64,000 nucleotides of DNA from Patescibacteria group bacterium (lineage in GTDB: Bacteria > Patescibacteriota > UBA1384 > XYA2-FULL-43-10 > 1-14-0-10-43-13). The position numbers and the translations under genes are program-made. Under the pieces are notes generated by a model. That model saw only the letters and a program-made list of their open reading frames with translations. It searched no databases and was not told the DNA's origin. Of the stretch, positions 1 through 9,883 are shown one piece after another. The stretch is from the NCBI GenBank assembly GCA_041649155.1, contig JBAZNP010000001.1, positions 238,564-302,563 on the forward strand. Reading direction: 5' to 3'. The stretch's first letter is position 1; each line of letters starts with the position of its first letter.

Positions 1-456
1 ATTTGAACCAGGACGATTATCGCCCATTAAGAAATATTCATTGGAAGCAAGCTGCCATGATCCATTTGGATCAGTCTCAACGCCAAAAGAAATATAGTTC
101 TCAGAATAAATAACATCGTTTATATAGACCTTGCCGCTATCAATTGATACTTTGTCTCCCGGCAATCCAATCACGCGTTTAATATATTTTTTATTATCAG
201 GATCTCCGGGGTATTTAACCGCCACGACTTGACCTCTTTCCGGACTTGTCGAGCTAGTGTATCTCTTTAGCAAAACCAGTTCTTTGTCATGAATTGTGGG
301 CTCCATTGAAAGACCATCGACGATAAAGATTGTGAACCAAAATTTATGTATCAAAACCAATAGCACAGCAGCTAAAATTACCCATTTACACAGATCAAAT
401 AGAATTCCGCCACCATATAGAAAACGGTTAAAGAATTTATTTTTGGTTATCGACAT
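1..456 (-). CDS. lepB: Signal peptidase I (3' end runs off the window; not in the ORF track)
   Basis: Manual translation from ATG at 456: MSITKNK...TM segment...VDGLSMEPT (catalytic Ser)...KKYIKRVIGLPGD (catalytic Lys)...YFLMGDNRPGSN. Confidence 0.92.
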   Translation of the reverse strand, partial: MSITKNKFFNRFLYGGGILFDLCKWVILAAVLLVLIHKFWFTIFIVDGLSMEPTIHDKELVLLKRYTSSTSPERGQVVAVKYPGDPDNKKYIKRVIGLPGDKVSIDSGKVYINDVIYSENYISFGVETDPNGSWQLASNEYFLMGDNRPGSN

Positions 457-481
457 CAAAACCTCTCTTATTAATTAATGA

Positions 482-514
482 CCCCACCTAACCTCCCCTT
501 CCTAAGGGGAGGGA
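482..514. repeat. Small GC-rich hairpin (CCTCCCCTT-cct-AAGGGGAGG) between the DUF2207 gene and lepB
   Basis: Perfect 9-bp stem seen in the sequence. Confidence 0.5.
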
Positions 515-2005
515 CTATTCGAACCCTGGTTCTTTCAGAGCAGCCAGACTACGACCAACATATGACACTATCGGGAAGAGAGAAAGACAAAAATCTTCAA
601 TTCCTAAGCCAACTTTTTCAGTTAAAAACCAGTCAGGAACAACAAAATTGTGTTCCGAAAATCTTCTGGCCCAAGCCGCCTCACACTCCAAGACCAAGGC
701 ATAAGGAAGATATTTCTGAAAAATTTCCTGATTATTTTCTGAAAAAGGAATTTGTTCCGGATTAGATAAATATTTTTTAAATGCTAGCCAGTTGCTCAGA
801 ACTTCCTGACCAATAATGGTCCGGACCGGCATTCTGCTGGCAATAATTGAGATAATAAGAGCCGTCACCATCATTCCAACCCAGAAAAATACAACGTAAG
901 CAGGATCAGTAAACCAAAGCAGACTCGCAACAAAACCACCTAATGCAACAAAAAATGCAATTATGCCAATAAAACGATACTTGGCGTGAAGCGCTTGAGG
1001 ATTAACTTTAAAATAACCAAGACGAGTTGCTAAGGTATAAATTCCGGAAGATACAATCGAGATTTTTTTACTATAAAAATGATTATTTATCCTCTCCTCT
1101 ATATCAGAGCGATCAGAATATAGATTTTTTCGGAAAATCTTTGATAAAAGAACTTTTTCGAATCCTAAAAGTCTTTGATCAAATTTACTCTTACCAAATT
1201 CAAACCCTCTCTCCCGATCCACAATCACAATATCCCCTCTCATTGCCAGATCAATAAGAGTGGCGGCAATTTCTCTTGGCCCGACCTTCTGACCATAAAG
1301 AGCACCTACAATTGCAGGAGGAATAGCCATCGGAGGAGAAGAAATCTCCTGACTTGGCATATCTATTTTTTGCTGTTTTAGCTCGGACGACAACAAAGCT
1401 AGCATAATAATAAAAGTAAGAATGGGTAGCAGAACAGCAATCACAAACCAATAGCTCCCCTTGACCTGCTCAATTACCTTTAGAACCTTCCTCATCAAAG
1501 GAGGATCGACCGTGCCTTTGGGCATTTTTGCTACGACGGTTAATGTCGCCTGAGACGAAACATCTGTTGCAAGATAAGTGATTTTATTTGTACCGGAAAC
1601 TTTTGAACTGGTAGCTCCCACGCCGTGAATACCTAAAAACTCATGTTTTGTGTTTTCTGCCACACTTTTTGGCAGGGCCAGATTTACCGTTATTTTGTCA
1701 TAATATTGACCCGAACTATCCAAAATCGGCAAACGTAACTCATCAGAGTCGTTCAGCAAATCTATTCTTTGATCAATTTTCTCACTATCAACCGTAACGC
1801 TGCCATCATTTAATACAGATACATCAATTACACGATCACTAGAATTACTCACGATCTCTCCGGTATTCGTATCAGCTGAATAACGGTTATCCTGCACTAT
1901 CTTAATTCCAATAAATGCAAATATAAAAATAACAAGAAAGAACAGTGACTTTCTTTTATAGAAACTAATTATTCCTTTTTGGGGCTTTCCAAAATTCTTG
2001 ACCAA
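515..2005 (-). CDS. DUF2207-family membrane protein
   Basis: N-terminal anchor, PPAIVGAL, ATLIDLAMRG and FQKYLPYALVL...WARRF motifs typical of DUF2207. Confidence 0.8.
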   Translation of the reverse strand: MVKNFGKPQKGIISFYKRKSLFFLVIFIFAFIGIKIVQDNRYSADTNTGEIVSNSSDRVIDVSVLNDGSVTVDSEKIDQRIDLLNDSDELRLPILDSSGQYYDKITVNLALPKSVAENTKHEFLGIHGVGATSSKVSGTNKITYLATDVSSQATLTVVAKMPKGTVDPPLMRKVLKVIEQVKGSYWFVIAVLLPILTFIIMLALLSSELKQQKIDMPSQEISSPPMAIPPAIVGALYGQKVGPREIAATLIDLAMRGDIVIVDRERGFEFGKSKFDQRLLGFEKVLLSKIFRKNLYSDRSDIEERINNHFYSKKISIVSSGIYTLATRLGYFKVNPQALHAKYRFIGIIAFFVALGGFVASLLWFTDPAYVVFFWVGMMVTALIISIIASRMPVRTIIGQEVLSNWLAFKKYLSNPEQIPFSENNQEIFQKYLPYALVLECEAAWARRFSEHNFVVPDWFLTEKVGLGIEDFCLSLFPIVSYVGRSLAALKEPGFE

Positions 2006-2106
2006 TTTCCCTCCGAGTTCAAGAGTGTCAATCGTACTTTCGTCTATTAAATTTTAACACTATTTACCGTTAACCGCAAAATAAATATTCGCTCACCGTC
2101 CCTTGT

Positions 2107-2206
2107 TGTCATCCCGAGCTTAGTCGAGGGATCTTTTAACGGAAGTTCAGATTAATTCTTAAGATTCCTCCGCCCCTGCGACAAAGCGCAGGGAGTCGGA
2201 ATGACA
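2107..2206. repeat. Palindromic micro-repeat family A (TGTCAT...ATGACA), intergenic copy
   Basis: Terminal inverted repeats; similar to copies at 7356, 9802, 32467, 38390 and 46450. Confidence 0.85.
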
Positions 2207-2233
2207 ATGGTGAATTAGTAAATACAGAGCTAT

Positions 2234-3202
2234 TCAAATATTGTCTTTGCAGATATTAACCGTCAGCAAAAGAAGTGCCAGACTAGGGCCAAGAAGGCCT
2301 GCTTTCATTTGCTTGTCTATATGAAACAAATTCAAATAGATTTTTTTAAACTTGGCTCTATCGTAATGGCGAAGCAATTCTCTACTTTTTGAAACAATAA
2401 AAGGATGTAATTTCGCTTCTTTGGCAATACTACCTGGAGTTAATCCTTTAGCATTTAATTCAAAAATAGAAAATAAATTCCTGAATTGGTAAACAATCAT
2501 TGAAAAAATGTAAAACTCGTCCTCTCCCGCATCAACCAGATTTTTAAGAGAAAGTAATGCTTTTTTTGAATTTTTCTGCGCAATAGCATCAATAAACTGA
2601 AATACATTGGAATTATTATTGGCTTTTACCAGTTCTTCAATATCCCCTGCTAAAATAACATTTCTATTCTGTGATTTAGCGAATAAGGCCAATTTTTTTA
2701 TTTCATTTTCCATTCGCCATAAATCAACGCCAACAAAAACCTGTAATTTAGTTTTCGCTTCACGATCAATCTCCATACCCGATTTTTTAGTTTCGTCCTG
2801 TATCCAATAACTTAATTTGTCGTTAGATAAAGCCGTTAACTTCTGAGAAAACTTTGGCTTGTTCAATGATTTAAACAAAGCTGTTCTCATATCAGGTAAT
2901 CCATATTCAACGAATAGAATAATTGATGTTTCCGGAATATTATTTAGACTATTCAATATTTTTTTTCTTAAAGAATCATCTTTTCCTAATAAAAGCAGGT
3001 TTTTGATAATTATTAATCTTTTTGTACCAAAAAATGGCAAAGAAGAAATGGCTTTGGAAAAATCGCCGTATGTTAAAATGCCACCCTCAAGACAGGTAAT
3101 ATTCAGGTCCCCAAATTGACTCTTTGAAAATTTTTCAGTCCACTCATTGACTTTTTTATTTATCAAAAATGTATTATCACCATAAAACATGTAAGGCATC
3201 AC
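2234..3202 (-). CDS. holA: DNA polymerase III delta subunit
   Basis: YMFYGDNTF start, SLPFFGTKRLIIIKN, MENEIKKL, NVFQFIDAI, QFRNL motifs. Confidence 0.9.
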   Translation of the reverse strand: MMPYMFYGDNTFLINKKVNEWTEKFSKSQFGDLNITCLEGGILTYGDFSKAISSLPFFGTKRLIIIKNLLLLGKDDSLRKKILNSLNNIPETSIILFVEYGLPDMRTALFKSLNKPKFSQKLTALSNDKLSYWIQDETKKSGMEIDREAKTKLQVFVGVDLWRMENEIKKLALFAKSQNRNVILAGDIEELVKANNNSNVFQFIDAIAQKNSKKALLSLKNLVDAGEDEFYIFSMIVYQFRNLFSIFELNAKGLTPGSIAKEAKLHPFIVSKSRELLRHYDRAKFKKIYLNLFHIDKQMKAGLLGPSLALLLLTVNICKDNI

Positions 3203-3257
3203 AAAAATTCCTTTAATGAGATAAGGTAATAGTACTATAAAAATTGGATAGATAAAA

Positions 3258-4454
3258 CTATTGTCTTAAAGCATCAATTGGAGCCAGTCTTTGAGCTCTG
3301 GTAGTCGGATATATGCCGGCAAACACAGAGATTAACACTGCCACTAAAACCATTGCCATGGCAAAATTAATCGGTGTTACAAAAACATCAAGATGTTGTT
3401 CGCTAGAGCGAATAAACATGTTTAAGACATAATTAAAAATTGATCCGAAAGCAACAGCCAGCCCAACTCCCGCCAACCCGCCGATTAGACCGATTAAAGA
3501 TGACTCAAGCAGGAAAAGCATTCTAATGTTGTGATTTGACGCGCCAATTGCTTTCATTATCCCAATCTCATGAGTTCTTTCAAGCAACGATATAGTCATT
3601 GTATTAATGATCCCCAAGGAAGAGACCAACAACCCTATGCCGGCGATTAAACCTAATATGATCTGGACCAATAAAAAGATTTTGTCTATCTGATCAATCA
3701 AATCTTTGATTGTAGTAACTTGATAACCCATCCTTTTTATCTGAGCGCTAACCGTATCCACATCCTGTCTCGATTCAACTTTGACTTTTAAGGTCGAATA
3801 TTTATCAAATTTTGTTATGTTATAAATTTTATCAATCGGAACATAAACTAAATTTGTAGTTTCGCTAGCGTCAATTCCGACTATTTTCAAATTAATTTCC
3901 TTCGATTGAAAATCATATCCGGCACCGGAATCACTCAAAATTTTAATGGTGATTTCTTTGCCCAAAACACTGTCGTGATCACTATTAAAAGCAGAAGCCA
4001 AAGCAGATGATATCACCGCCTCATTTGATGACTTGTCTTTGATTAATACACCGTGATCTAATCCGGAAATTTCAAGATTAATATTTGAAACATCTATACC
4101 ATATACAATTGCTCCGGCACTAGTACCGGTACTAACTACATTTGCCGGAACATTTACGCTAGGTGTAACATCTTTCACGCTATCCATTTTTTTAATTTTA
4201 TTTACCAGTTCTGCATCCAGCTTTGGGCCTTCTTCCATGGTTGATGTTGCAGGAGTCTGGGAAATTGTTAATGTTGTTAGGGCACCCATTCCAGCAACCT
4301 GATCAGCTGTAATTTTTTGTAAACCAACACCTAAAGACACAAAAGCAACTATTGCCGAAATGCCGATAACGACTCCAAGTATTGTTAAAAATGACCGGAA
4401 TTTCGTTCTCCATAAATTCTGCAATGCAAGTTTTATAGAATCGTCAAGTCGCAT
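3258..4454 (-). CDS. ABC transporter permease, MacB/FtsX family
   Basis: RSFLTILGVVIGISAIV and ERTHEIGIMKAIGA motifs. Confidence 0.9.
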   Translation of the reverse strand: MRLDDSIKLALQNLWRTKFRSFLTILGVVIGISAIVAFVSLGVGLQKITADQVAGMGALTTLTISQTPATSTMEEGPKLDAELVNKIKKMDSVKDVTPSVNVPANVVSTGTSAGAIVYGIDVSNINLEISGLDHGVLIKDKSSNEAVISSALASAFNSDHDSVLGKEITIKILSDSGAGYDFQSKEINLKIVGIDASETTNLVYVPIDKIYNITKFDKYSTLKVKVESRQDVDTVSAQIKRMGYQVTTIKDLIDQIDKIFLLVQIILGLIAGIGLLVSSLGIINTMTISLLERTHEIGIMKAIGASNHNIRMLFLLESSLIGLIGGLAGVGLAVAFGSIFNYVLNMFIRSSEQHLDVFVTPINFAMAMVLVAVLISVFAGIYPTTRAQRLAPIDALRQ

Positions 4455-5157
4455 TTTTTAAACTCCTTTGCACGCTCACTTCTCCCTTTTGAATATAGAT
4501 AATCTTGTCGGCAAATTTTGTATAATTTGGATTATGTGTCGATAAAATAATGGTCGTGCTTCTCTCCTTATAAAGAGAGTAAATCGTTTCCATTATTTCT
4601 GTCGCATTGGCGATGTCCAATCCTCCAGTAAGTTCATCGGCGATTAAAATCTTCGGATTATTCGCCAGTGCTCTTGCAATTGCGACTCTTTGTTGCTCTC
4701 CACCAGAAAGCAAATTTGAATTATGATAAAGACGTTCTTTTAAACCGACGCTTCGAAGCAAAGAAAGAGCTCTGGCTTTTCTCTCCTTTTTGCCAACCCC
4801 CTTAAAAACCATGGGCAAAACAACATTATCCGCTGCTGACATGTAAGGCATAAGATTATATGATTGAAAGACTATGCCGATATTGTCACCTCTCCATCTG
4901 GATAATTTACTTAATGACAATTTTGCAATGTCATCGCCATCAACTAAAATTTGTCCCTCGGTTGGTTTATCAAGCGCGGCCAGCATGTTTAATAGTGTGG
5001 TTTTGCCGGCTCCGGACGCTCCCAAAACCACAACAAAATCACCTTTATTTATACTTAAATTGGCTTTATTAATTACACAAAAGTCTTTTTTTCCGACTCT
5101 AAAAGTCTTGGTTACATCAATTAATTGAATGAAAGAGTCCATATGATTAAAAATCAC
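4444..5157 (-). CDS. ABC transporter ATP-binding protein, LolD/MacB type (start possibly 5142)
   Basis: Walker A GASGAGKTT, LSGGEQQRVAIARAL, ILADE. Confidence 0.92.
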   Translation of the reverse strand: MIFNHMDSFIQLIDVTKTFRVGKKDFCVINKANLSINKGDFVVVLGASGAGKTTLLNMLAALDKPTEGQILVDGDDIAKLSLSKLSRWRGDNIGIVFQSYNLMPYMSAADNVVLPMVFKGVGKKERKARALSLLRSVGLKERLYHNSNLLSGGEQQRVAIARALANNPKILIADELTGGLDIANATEIMETIYSLYKERSTTIILSTHNPNYTKFADKIIYIQKGEVSVQRSLKNAT

Positions 5158-5416
5158 CTATCTTTTTATTTTCGTCATCGTCACAGTTATTTTTTGATTT
5201 AAGAATTACCCCGTTCAAAAAGAAAAATATCGCTGGAAACAACATCACAATCAAGATAATAAGAAGTGCATAAATTTTATTTTCCCAATCAGCGTCAACC
5301 TTGAAAAAGGAAAATATTAAAACTGCAACAAAAATAACCAGGCATATTGCTGATAAAAACCAATTTATCCACGCAAATACATTTATCAATTTTTTTACAG
5401 ATCTAATCTCCCTCAA
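5147..5416 (-). CDS. Small hypothetical protein with 2 TM segments
   Basis: Two hydrophobic helices; GGAGGGG Shine-Dalgarno before a TTG start. Confidence 0.6.
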   Translation of the reverse strand: MREIRSVKKLINVFAWINWFLSAICLVIFVAVLIFSFFKVDADWENKIYALLIILIVMLFPAIFFFLNGVILKSKNNCDDDENKKIGDF

Positions 5417-5437
5417 ATCCCCTCCTTGAAAAAACCT

Positions 5438-5614
5438 TTATTCTTTTTTGCTCTTTTTTCCCTTAGAACCAAGTAAAGGCTTTGTGATTACAGAGACGCC
5501 AAACAGTATTATAATCAGAGGCCAGATAACATCCCAAATATCTCCGGTAACAATACCCAAGTTCTCTAAGAGAAAAACAATCCCGATAATAATTAACAAA
5601 AGACCAAAAAACAT
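5438..5614 (-). CDS. Small membrane protein, DUF5668/LiaF-TM-like (58 aa, not in the ORF track)
   Basis: MFFGLLLIIIGIVFLLENLGIVTGDIWDVIWPLIIILFG...; AGGAGG Shine-Dalgarno upstream. Confidence 0.75.
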   Translation of the reverse strand: MFFGLLLIIIGIVFLLENLGIVTGDIWDVIWPLIIILFGVSVITKPLLGSKGKKSKKE

Positions 5615-5665
5615 TTTCCTCCTTATATGTCTAAATTATACCACAGTATTAAATTGTGACAAACT

Positions 5666-6943
5666 TTAAATCTTTAGAACTTTCATCTCCCCCCAGTTAT
5701 TCCCGACTTTAACCTCGGCAACAATCGGAACGCAAAGCTTAATCACTTGTTCCATTGTCTCTTTGACAATTTTTGCAACCTCCGAAACAGCAGAATCCAC
5801 AACTTCGATTATAAGTTCATCATGAATGGTTAAGAGCATTTGAGCTTTAAATTTATTTTTATTTAAATCGTCCAGCTTTTTTTCGAGATCAATCATAGCT
5901 AATTTCAAAATTTCGGCCGCCGACCCTTGCACTGGAGTATTTATCGCCATTCTTTCTTCCGCATTGGCAATATTGCGATAATGAGAATCAATATTCGGCA
6001 GCATTCTTTTGAAACCAAATATTGTTTCGACGTACCCTTCATCATGCGCTTTTCCGATCATCCGATTGCAGTAATCCTTAATTCCAGAATGAGCTGTGAA
6101 ATATCGACTTATGAAGTCCGCCGCTTTTTCTTGTTCTATACTTAAAGACTGCGACAAACCATAAGGGCTCATGCCATACAAAACTCCAAAATTAACGGTC
6201 TTAGCCACCCGTCTCTGGTCACTGGTTACCTTATTTGTTTTTGTATCAAATATTTCAGCAGCAGTTTTTGCATGAATGTCCTGATGTTGAATAAAAGCTT
6301 CTTTCATTACCTTGTCATTGGCCAGACAGGCCACAACTCTTAGTTCGATTTGAGAATAATCGGCAGAAATTAACTTCATTCCTTTTGAAGCGACAAAAGC
6401 TTTTCTAATTTTCTGACCCAGCTCTCCTTTTATGGGAATGTTTTGTAAGTTTGGTTCATTTGAAGTTAATCTGCCGGTAGTTGTATCCTGCCCATAAGAG
6501 GTATGAAGCCTGGATTTTTCATCAACCAACAAGGGCAGTGGTTTCAAATATGTTGATAGCAATTTTGAAAGTTCTCTGTACTCCAAAATTGGCTTGATGA
6601 TCTTATGTTTTCCTTCGAGTTTTTTAAGTTCATTGGCGGCCGTAGAATAACCGTTTTTAGTCTTTTTAATTTCACCATTTAACAGTTTAAACTTTTTATA
6701 AAGAATTTCTGCCATCTGCATCGGGGAATTGATGTTAAATTCTTCACCGGCCAGCTTCCAGATCTGTTTCTCAATTTTCCTTAATTTTCCTTCAGTATCT
6801 TTAGCTAGTGAATTTAATGATTTCACATCAATCTCAACACCGATTTTTTCCATCCGACGCAAAACCGGACCAATCTGTTCATTAATTTCCTTTGATGTTA
6901 TTTTTGGCAATTCAATGCCTTGTTCTTTTAAATGGGACCACAT
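5666..6943 (-). CDS. polA: DNA polymerase I, polymerase domain only (family A)
   Basis: TTTGRLTSNEPNLQNIP, ADYSQIELR, AKTVNFGVLYG, TIHDEL; no 3'-5' exonuclease domain. Confidence 0.93.
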   Translation of the reverse strand: MWSHLKEQGIELPKITSKEINEQIGPVLRRMEKIGVEIDVKSLNSLAKDTEGKLRKIEKQIWKLAGEEFNINSPMQMAEILYKKFKLLNGEIKKTKNGYSTAANELKKLEGKHKIIKPILEYRELSKLLSTYLKPLPLLVDEKSRLHTSYGQDTTTGRLTSNEPNLQNIPIKGELGQKIRKAFVASKGMKLISADYSQIELRVVACLANDKVMKEAFIQHQDIHAKTAAEIFDTKTNKVTSDQRRVAKTVNFGVLYGMSPYGLSQSLSIEQEKAADFISRYFTAHSGIKDYCNRMIGKAHDEGYVETIFGFKRMLPNIDSHYRNIANAEERMAINTPVQGSAAEILKLAMIDLEKKLDDLNKNKFKAQMLLTIHDELIIEVVDSAVSEVAKIVKETMEQVIKLCVPIVAEVKVGNNWGEMKVLKI

Positions 6944-6949
6944 AGTAAG

Positions 6950-7032
6950 TTTGAATTAAGAATTTTGAATTATGAATTATGAAATAGCAGCTCTACCTAT
7001 TAGCCATGATTCTTGATTCTAGATTCATGATT
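6950..7032. repeat. Degenerate heptamer tandem repeats (GAATTAT run / CATGATT-CTTGATT run)
   Basis: 7-nt periodicity fills the gap between the two polA halves. Confidence 0.7.
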
Positions 7033-8130
7033 CTATAAAAGCTTCAGCTGTTCGTCTTTCTGCTTCTGCTCGGATGCTTCCTTAGTTTTTGGCGGCTCGG
7101 ATTTTTCAATTCCAAATCTTTTCAAAAGCGAATGAAACCCAAGTTCTAAAAATAACTCTTTCACTTTCTCTTTATCGTATTCTCCCCATTTGGCGTCATT
7201 GAGATCGAAATCAATCGGAACTTCCTTGTAAATTGTAGCCAGACTTTGCGACAAAAATGCCTGTTCCTTATATTGTATCAAAAGCTGCAAGATACGTGGT
7301 TTTATGTTTAATTTTTTGGCAGCCTCAACCAATTTATCATTTTCCATTTCACTGTTGTCATCCCGAGCGTAGTCGAGGGATCTTTTATTGGAAGATTTCT
7401 CCGCCCTCAGACAAGGCTGAGGAGTCGAAATGACAATATTTTTTTCAATTTTTTCATACAAATTTTTAAGCGTGTCAAATTGCTGGAGCAATTTAGTGGC
7501 AGTAACATTTCCGATATTCGGCACCCCTGGAATGTTGTCTGATGGATCACCAGCCAGTGCTTTTAGGTCAATAAAATCTTCCGGATCAAGACCATATTCA
7601 TCTTTAATAACTTTTCGATCTACCACCGCCATTTGAGACAGTCCTTTTCGAAGACTGTAAACAAAAATATTGCCATCTATCAACTGATAAATATCTTTAT
7701 CACCCGAAACAATATAAACTTCCAAGCCTTCATTCGGAATATGCTGGCATTTTGAATTATGTTCATGGCAGTTTTTAACTATTGTGCCAATACAATCATC
7801 AGCCTCATAACCTTCTTTTTCGTATATTGGAATTTCAAAAGCAGATAGCAATTCCTTTACCCTTGGCATTTGGTCATATAATTCCTGATCGGCTTTTACT
7901 CTTGTTGCCTTATAAGCCGCATATTGCTCGGTCCGAAAAGTTGCTTTTGAGACGTCAAAAGAAGCTGCTACATAATCCGGATGCAGGTCTTCCAGCGTTT
8001 TAATTAAAGTGGTTGTAAAGCCATATACAGCATTGGTCTGCTCACCCTTTCGGGTGGACATGCTTTTGGGTAACGCATGATAGGCACGATGTATCACCGC
8101 GTTAGAATCAATTAAGACAAGCTTTTTCAT
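7033..8130 (-). CDS. Stand-alone 5'-3' exonuclease / flap endonuclease (PolA N-terminal domain)
   Basis: LIDSNAVIHRAYHA, YEADDCIGT, SGDKD, LAGDPSDNIPGV (H3TH); ends in QLKLL. Confidence 0.92.
   Translation of the reverse strand: MKKLVLIDSNAVIHRAYHALPKSMSTRKGEQTNAVYGFTTTLIKTLEDLHPDYVAASFDVSKATFRTEQYAAYKATRVKADQELYDQMPRVKELLSAFEIPIYEKEGYEADDCIGTIVKNCHEHNSKCQHIPNEGLEVYIVSGDKDIYQLIDGNIFVYSLRKGLSQMAVVDRKVIKDEYGLDPEDFIDLKALAGDPSDNIPGVPNIGNVTATKLLQQFDTLKNLYEKIEKNIVISTPQPCLRAEKSSNKRSLDYARDDNSEMENDKLVEAAKKLNIKPRILQLLIQYKEQAFLSQSLATIYKEVPIDFDLNDAKWGEYDKEKVKELFLELGFHSLLKRFGIEKSEPPKTKEASEQKQKDEQLKLL
7356..7435. repeat. Family A palindromic repeat inserted in frame in the 5'-3' exonuclease
   Basis: Nearly identical to the 32467 and 46450 copies minus their 20-bp core; encodes VISTPQPCLRAEKSSNKRSLDYARDD. 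Confidence 0.85.
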
Positions 8131-8195
8131 AGCTAAATCTTATCGCAAATACTGCTCGAATGAAAGAGATAATTTACTTACAACTGATTTACTGA

Positions 8196-8885
8196 CTACT
8201 TACCACTCTTTCTAAATGCTTTTATGACTTGCAAAATTATCCAACAAAAAGCAAAGGTGACCACGAGCCAACGGGCTTTGATAATGCCTTCGATAATTCC
8301 CGAACCAAAAAAGCAAAATGCTCCCCAGAATGTGCACCATGCCAGTATGGCAAATATGGAAGTTATCAAAAATTTTCTAAATGGCATTTTCAAAATGCCG
8401 TAGGCCGTAGAAGTAAAAGCTCCAATATTTGGATGAAAGTATGAAAGCCAGATCCATCTGTCACCATGTTTTTCTATTTTTGCTTTACTATTGTCCAAAG
8501 CGTCGCCAAGGCCGAATTTAACAAATATTTTAAACCAGCCATGCTTGCCAATGAAATAATTTATTATAAATCCAATCAGCATTGCGGCACCGGTTACCAA
8601 AACGACTGAGAAAATGTTGAGAGTTCCCTGTCTGCTAAAAGCTGCAGCTAATAAAACAATCGATGAACCAGGGAAATATAGGCAAATAACCGGAATGGAT
8701 TCAATAAGGGTTGAGAAAAAGAGAACTGGATAGCCATATTTCTCAAAATATACTTTCATCACACCAATCAATTCTTCATTAGAAGGAATATGAAATATTT
8801 TGAAAACTGCAATGAAAGAGATCAAAAGGACCAACAAGAGAAGAGGAAAGGCCAGTTTTTTGCGAGTTTTTTTATCCAGAGCCAT
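8196..8885 (-). CDS. DedA family membrane protein
   Basis: IESIPVICLYFPGSSIVLLAA, NYFIGK, MPFRKFL; start refined to the ATG after AGAGGA. Confidence 0.8.
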   Translation of the reverse strand: MALDKKTRKKLAFPLLLLVLLISFIAVFKIFHIPSNEELIGVMKVYFEKYGYPVLFFSTLIESIPVICLYFPGSSIVLLAAAFSRQGTLNIFSVVLVTGAAMLIGFIINYFIGKHGWFKIFVKFGLGDALDNSKAKIEKHGDRWIWLSYFHPNIGAFTSTAYGILKMPFRKFLITSIFAILAWCTFWGAFCFFGSGIIEGIIKARWLVVTFAFCWIILQVIKAFRKSGK

Positions 8886-8973
8886 AATCATTCCTCTGTA
8901 ATTTTTAAAAAAAAAGATCTGGGCGCACATGAAAGTGCTGTACGCCCAGAAAAGTCGCCACCCCGATGAAACG

Positions 8974-9222
8974 TTACGCCGCTGCCAAAGACGGTTCTGA
9001 GTTAAGATAATTGGCAATTAATTGCTCAATTCCTAGAAAAGTAGGATTGTTCCATAGATCGTCTGGAACAGAGCACCTAATCCACTCTTTATTTTCATCT
9101 CTACCGGCGATGATCTTGCCGCGTTCCTCGGTTTCAATAGGCATCAAGTTCTCACAGTCAAGTTGATCGCCAACTTGTCGGACAATGTCTCTCAGCATAT
9201 CTAAATTAACCATTTTCCCCAC
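8974..9222 (-). CDS. Hypothetical protein
   Basis: 82-aa ORF followed by a hairpin and T-run near 8905-8950. Confidence 0.45.
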   Translation of the reverse strand: MGKMVNLDMLRDIVRQVGDQLDCENLMPIETEERGKIIAGRDENKEWIRCSVPDDLWNNPTFLGIEQLIANYLNSEPSLAAA

Positions 9223-9300
9223 CTAGTACAGAAATTAGTTCTAATTTATTTATAACATAGTATTTCAAATATCAACAAATATTATTTAGGAGTCTTCGGT

Positions 9301-9621
9301 CTAAACCGAAGACTCCTTTGTTTCCCCCTCAGATGATCGCTGCGCATCATACATTTTTCTCAATATACCCTGTTCAATGCTCTCTCTAAGAGACACGCTC
9401 GACTTAATCATCTCGTGCACCTTTTCAAGAATTAGCATGAAACCACAAAAAACCATAACAAGTAATACGAGAAAAAATAATGTATTGGCACTACTCCCTG
9501 CCAAAATCGATAAAGAGATAGCAGTAATGATTGTTTTGCCTATATCTAATAGGAAAAATAATGCCACTGCTATGGGAAGTACCGTAGTTATTACAGATAT
9601 CATTATCAGCCCCCTTAACAC
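9301..9621 (-). CDS. Hypothetical membrane protein
   Basis: Hydrophobic ORF with no recognised motif. Confidence 0.5.
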   Translation of the reverse strand: MLRGLIMISVITTVLPIAVALFFLLDIGKTIITAISLSILAGSSANTLFFLVLLVMVFCGFMLILEKVHEMIKSSVSLRESIEQGILRKMYDAQRSSEGETKESSV

Positions 9622-9801
9622 ATTTGATACTAGTGTATCTGTATCATAATTTAATATAAAAAAACAAGCTAAATCGTTTGACTTATTTTCTTTGACTGCT
9701 ATATTTTAAAGCACTATCAAAAAAAAGGCGGCCAGATGATTACAAAACTCTCTAAAAAAGACTTTTCAACTTTACCCGAACTAAAATAGCTATTCTCATA
9801 T

Positions 9802-9870
9802 TGTCATTCCAGACTTGATCTGGAATCTATATAAATAGTAACTGGATCCTGAATCAAGTTCAGGATGACA
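9802..9870. repeat. Family A-like palindromic repeat
   Basis: TGTCATTCCAGACTTGATCTGGAATC...GGATCCTGAATCAAGTTCAGGATGACA. Confidence 0.8.
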
Positions 9871-9883
9871 CGGAAGGATTATT

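Noticed and set aside
6944-7032. polA as a frameshifted pseudogene or intron-split gene
   Set aside because: Both halves keep their catalytic motifs, the nuclease has a distinct C-terminal tail, and the spacer is too short for a self-splicing intron or the missing domain.
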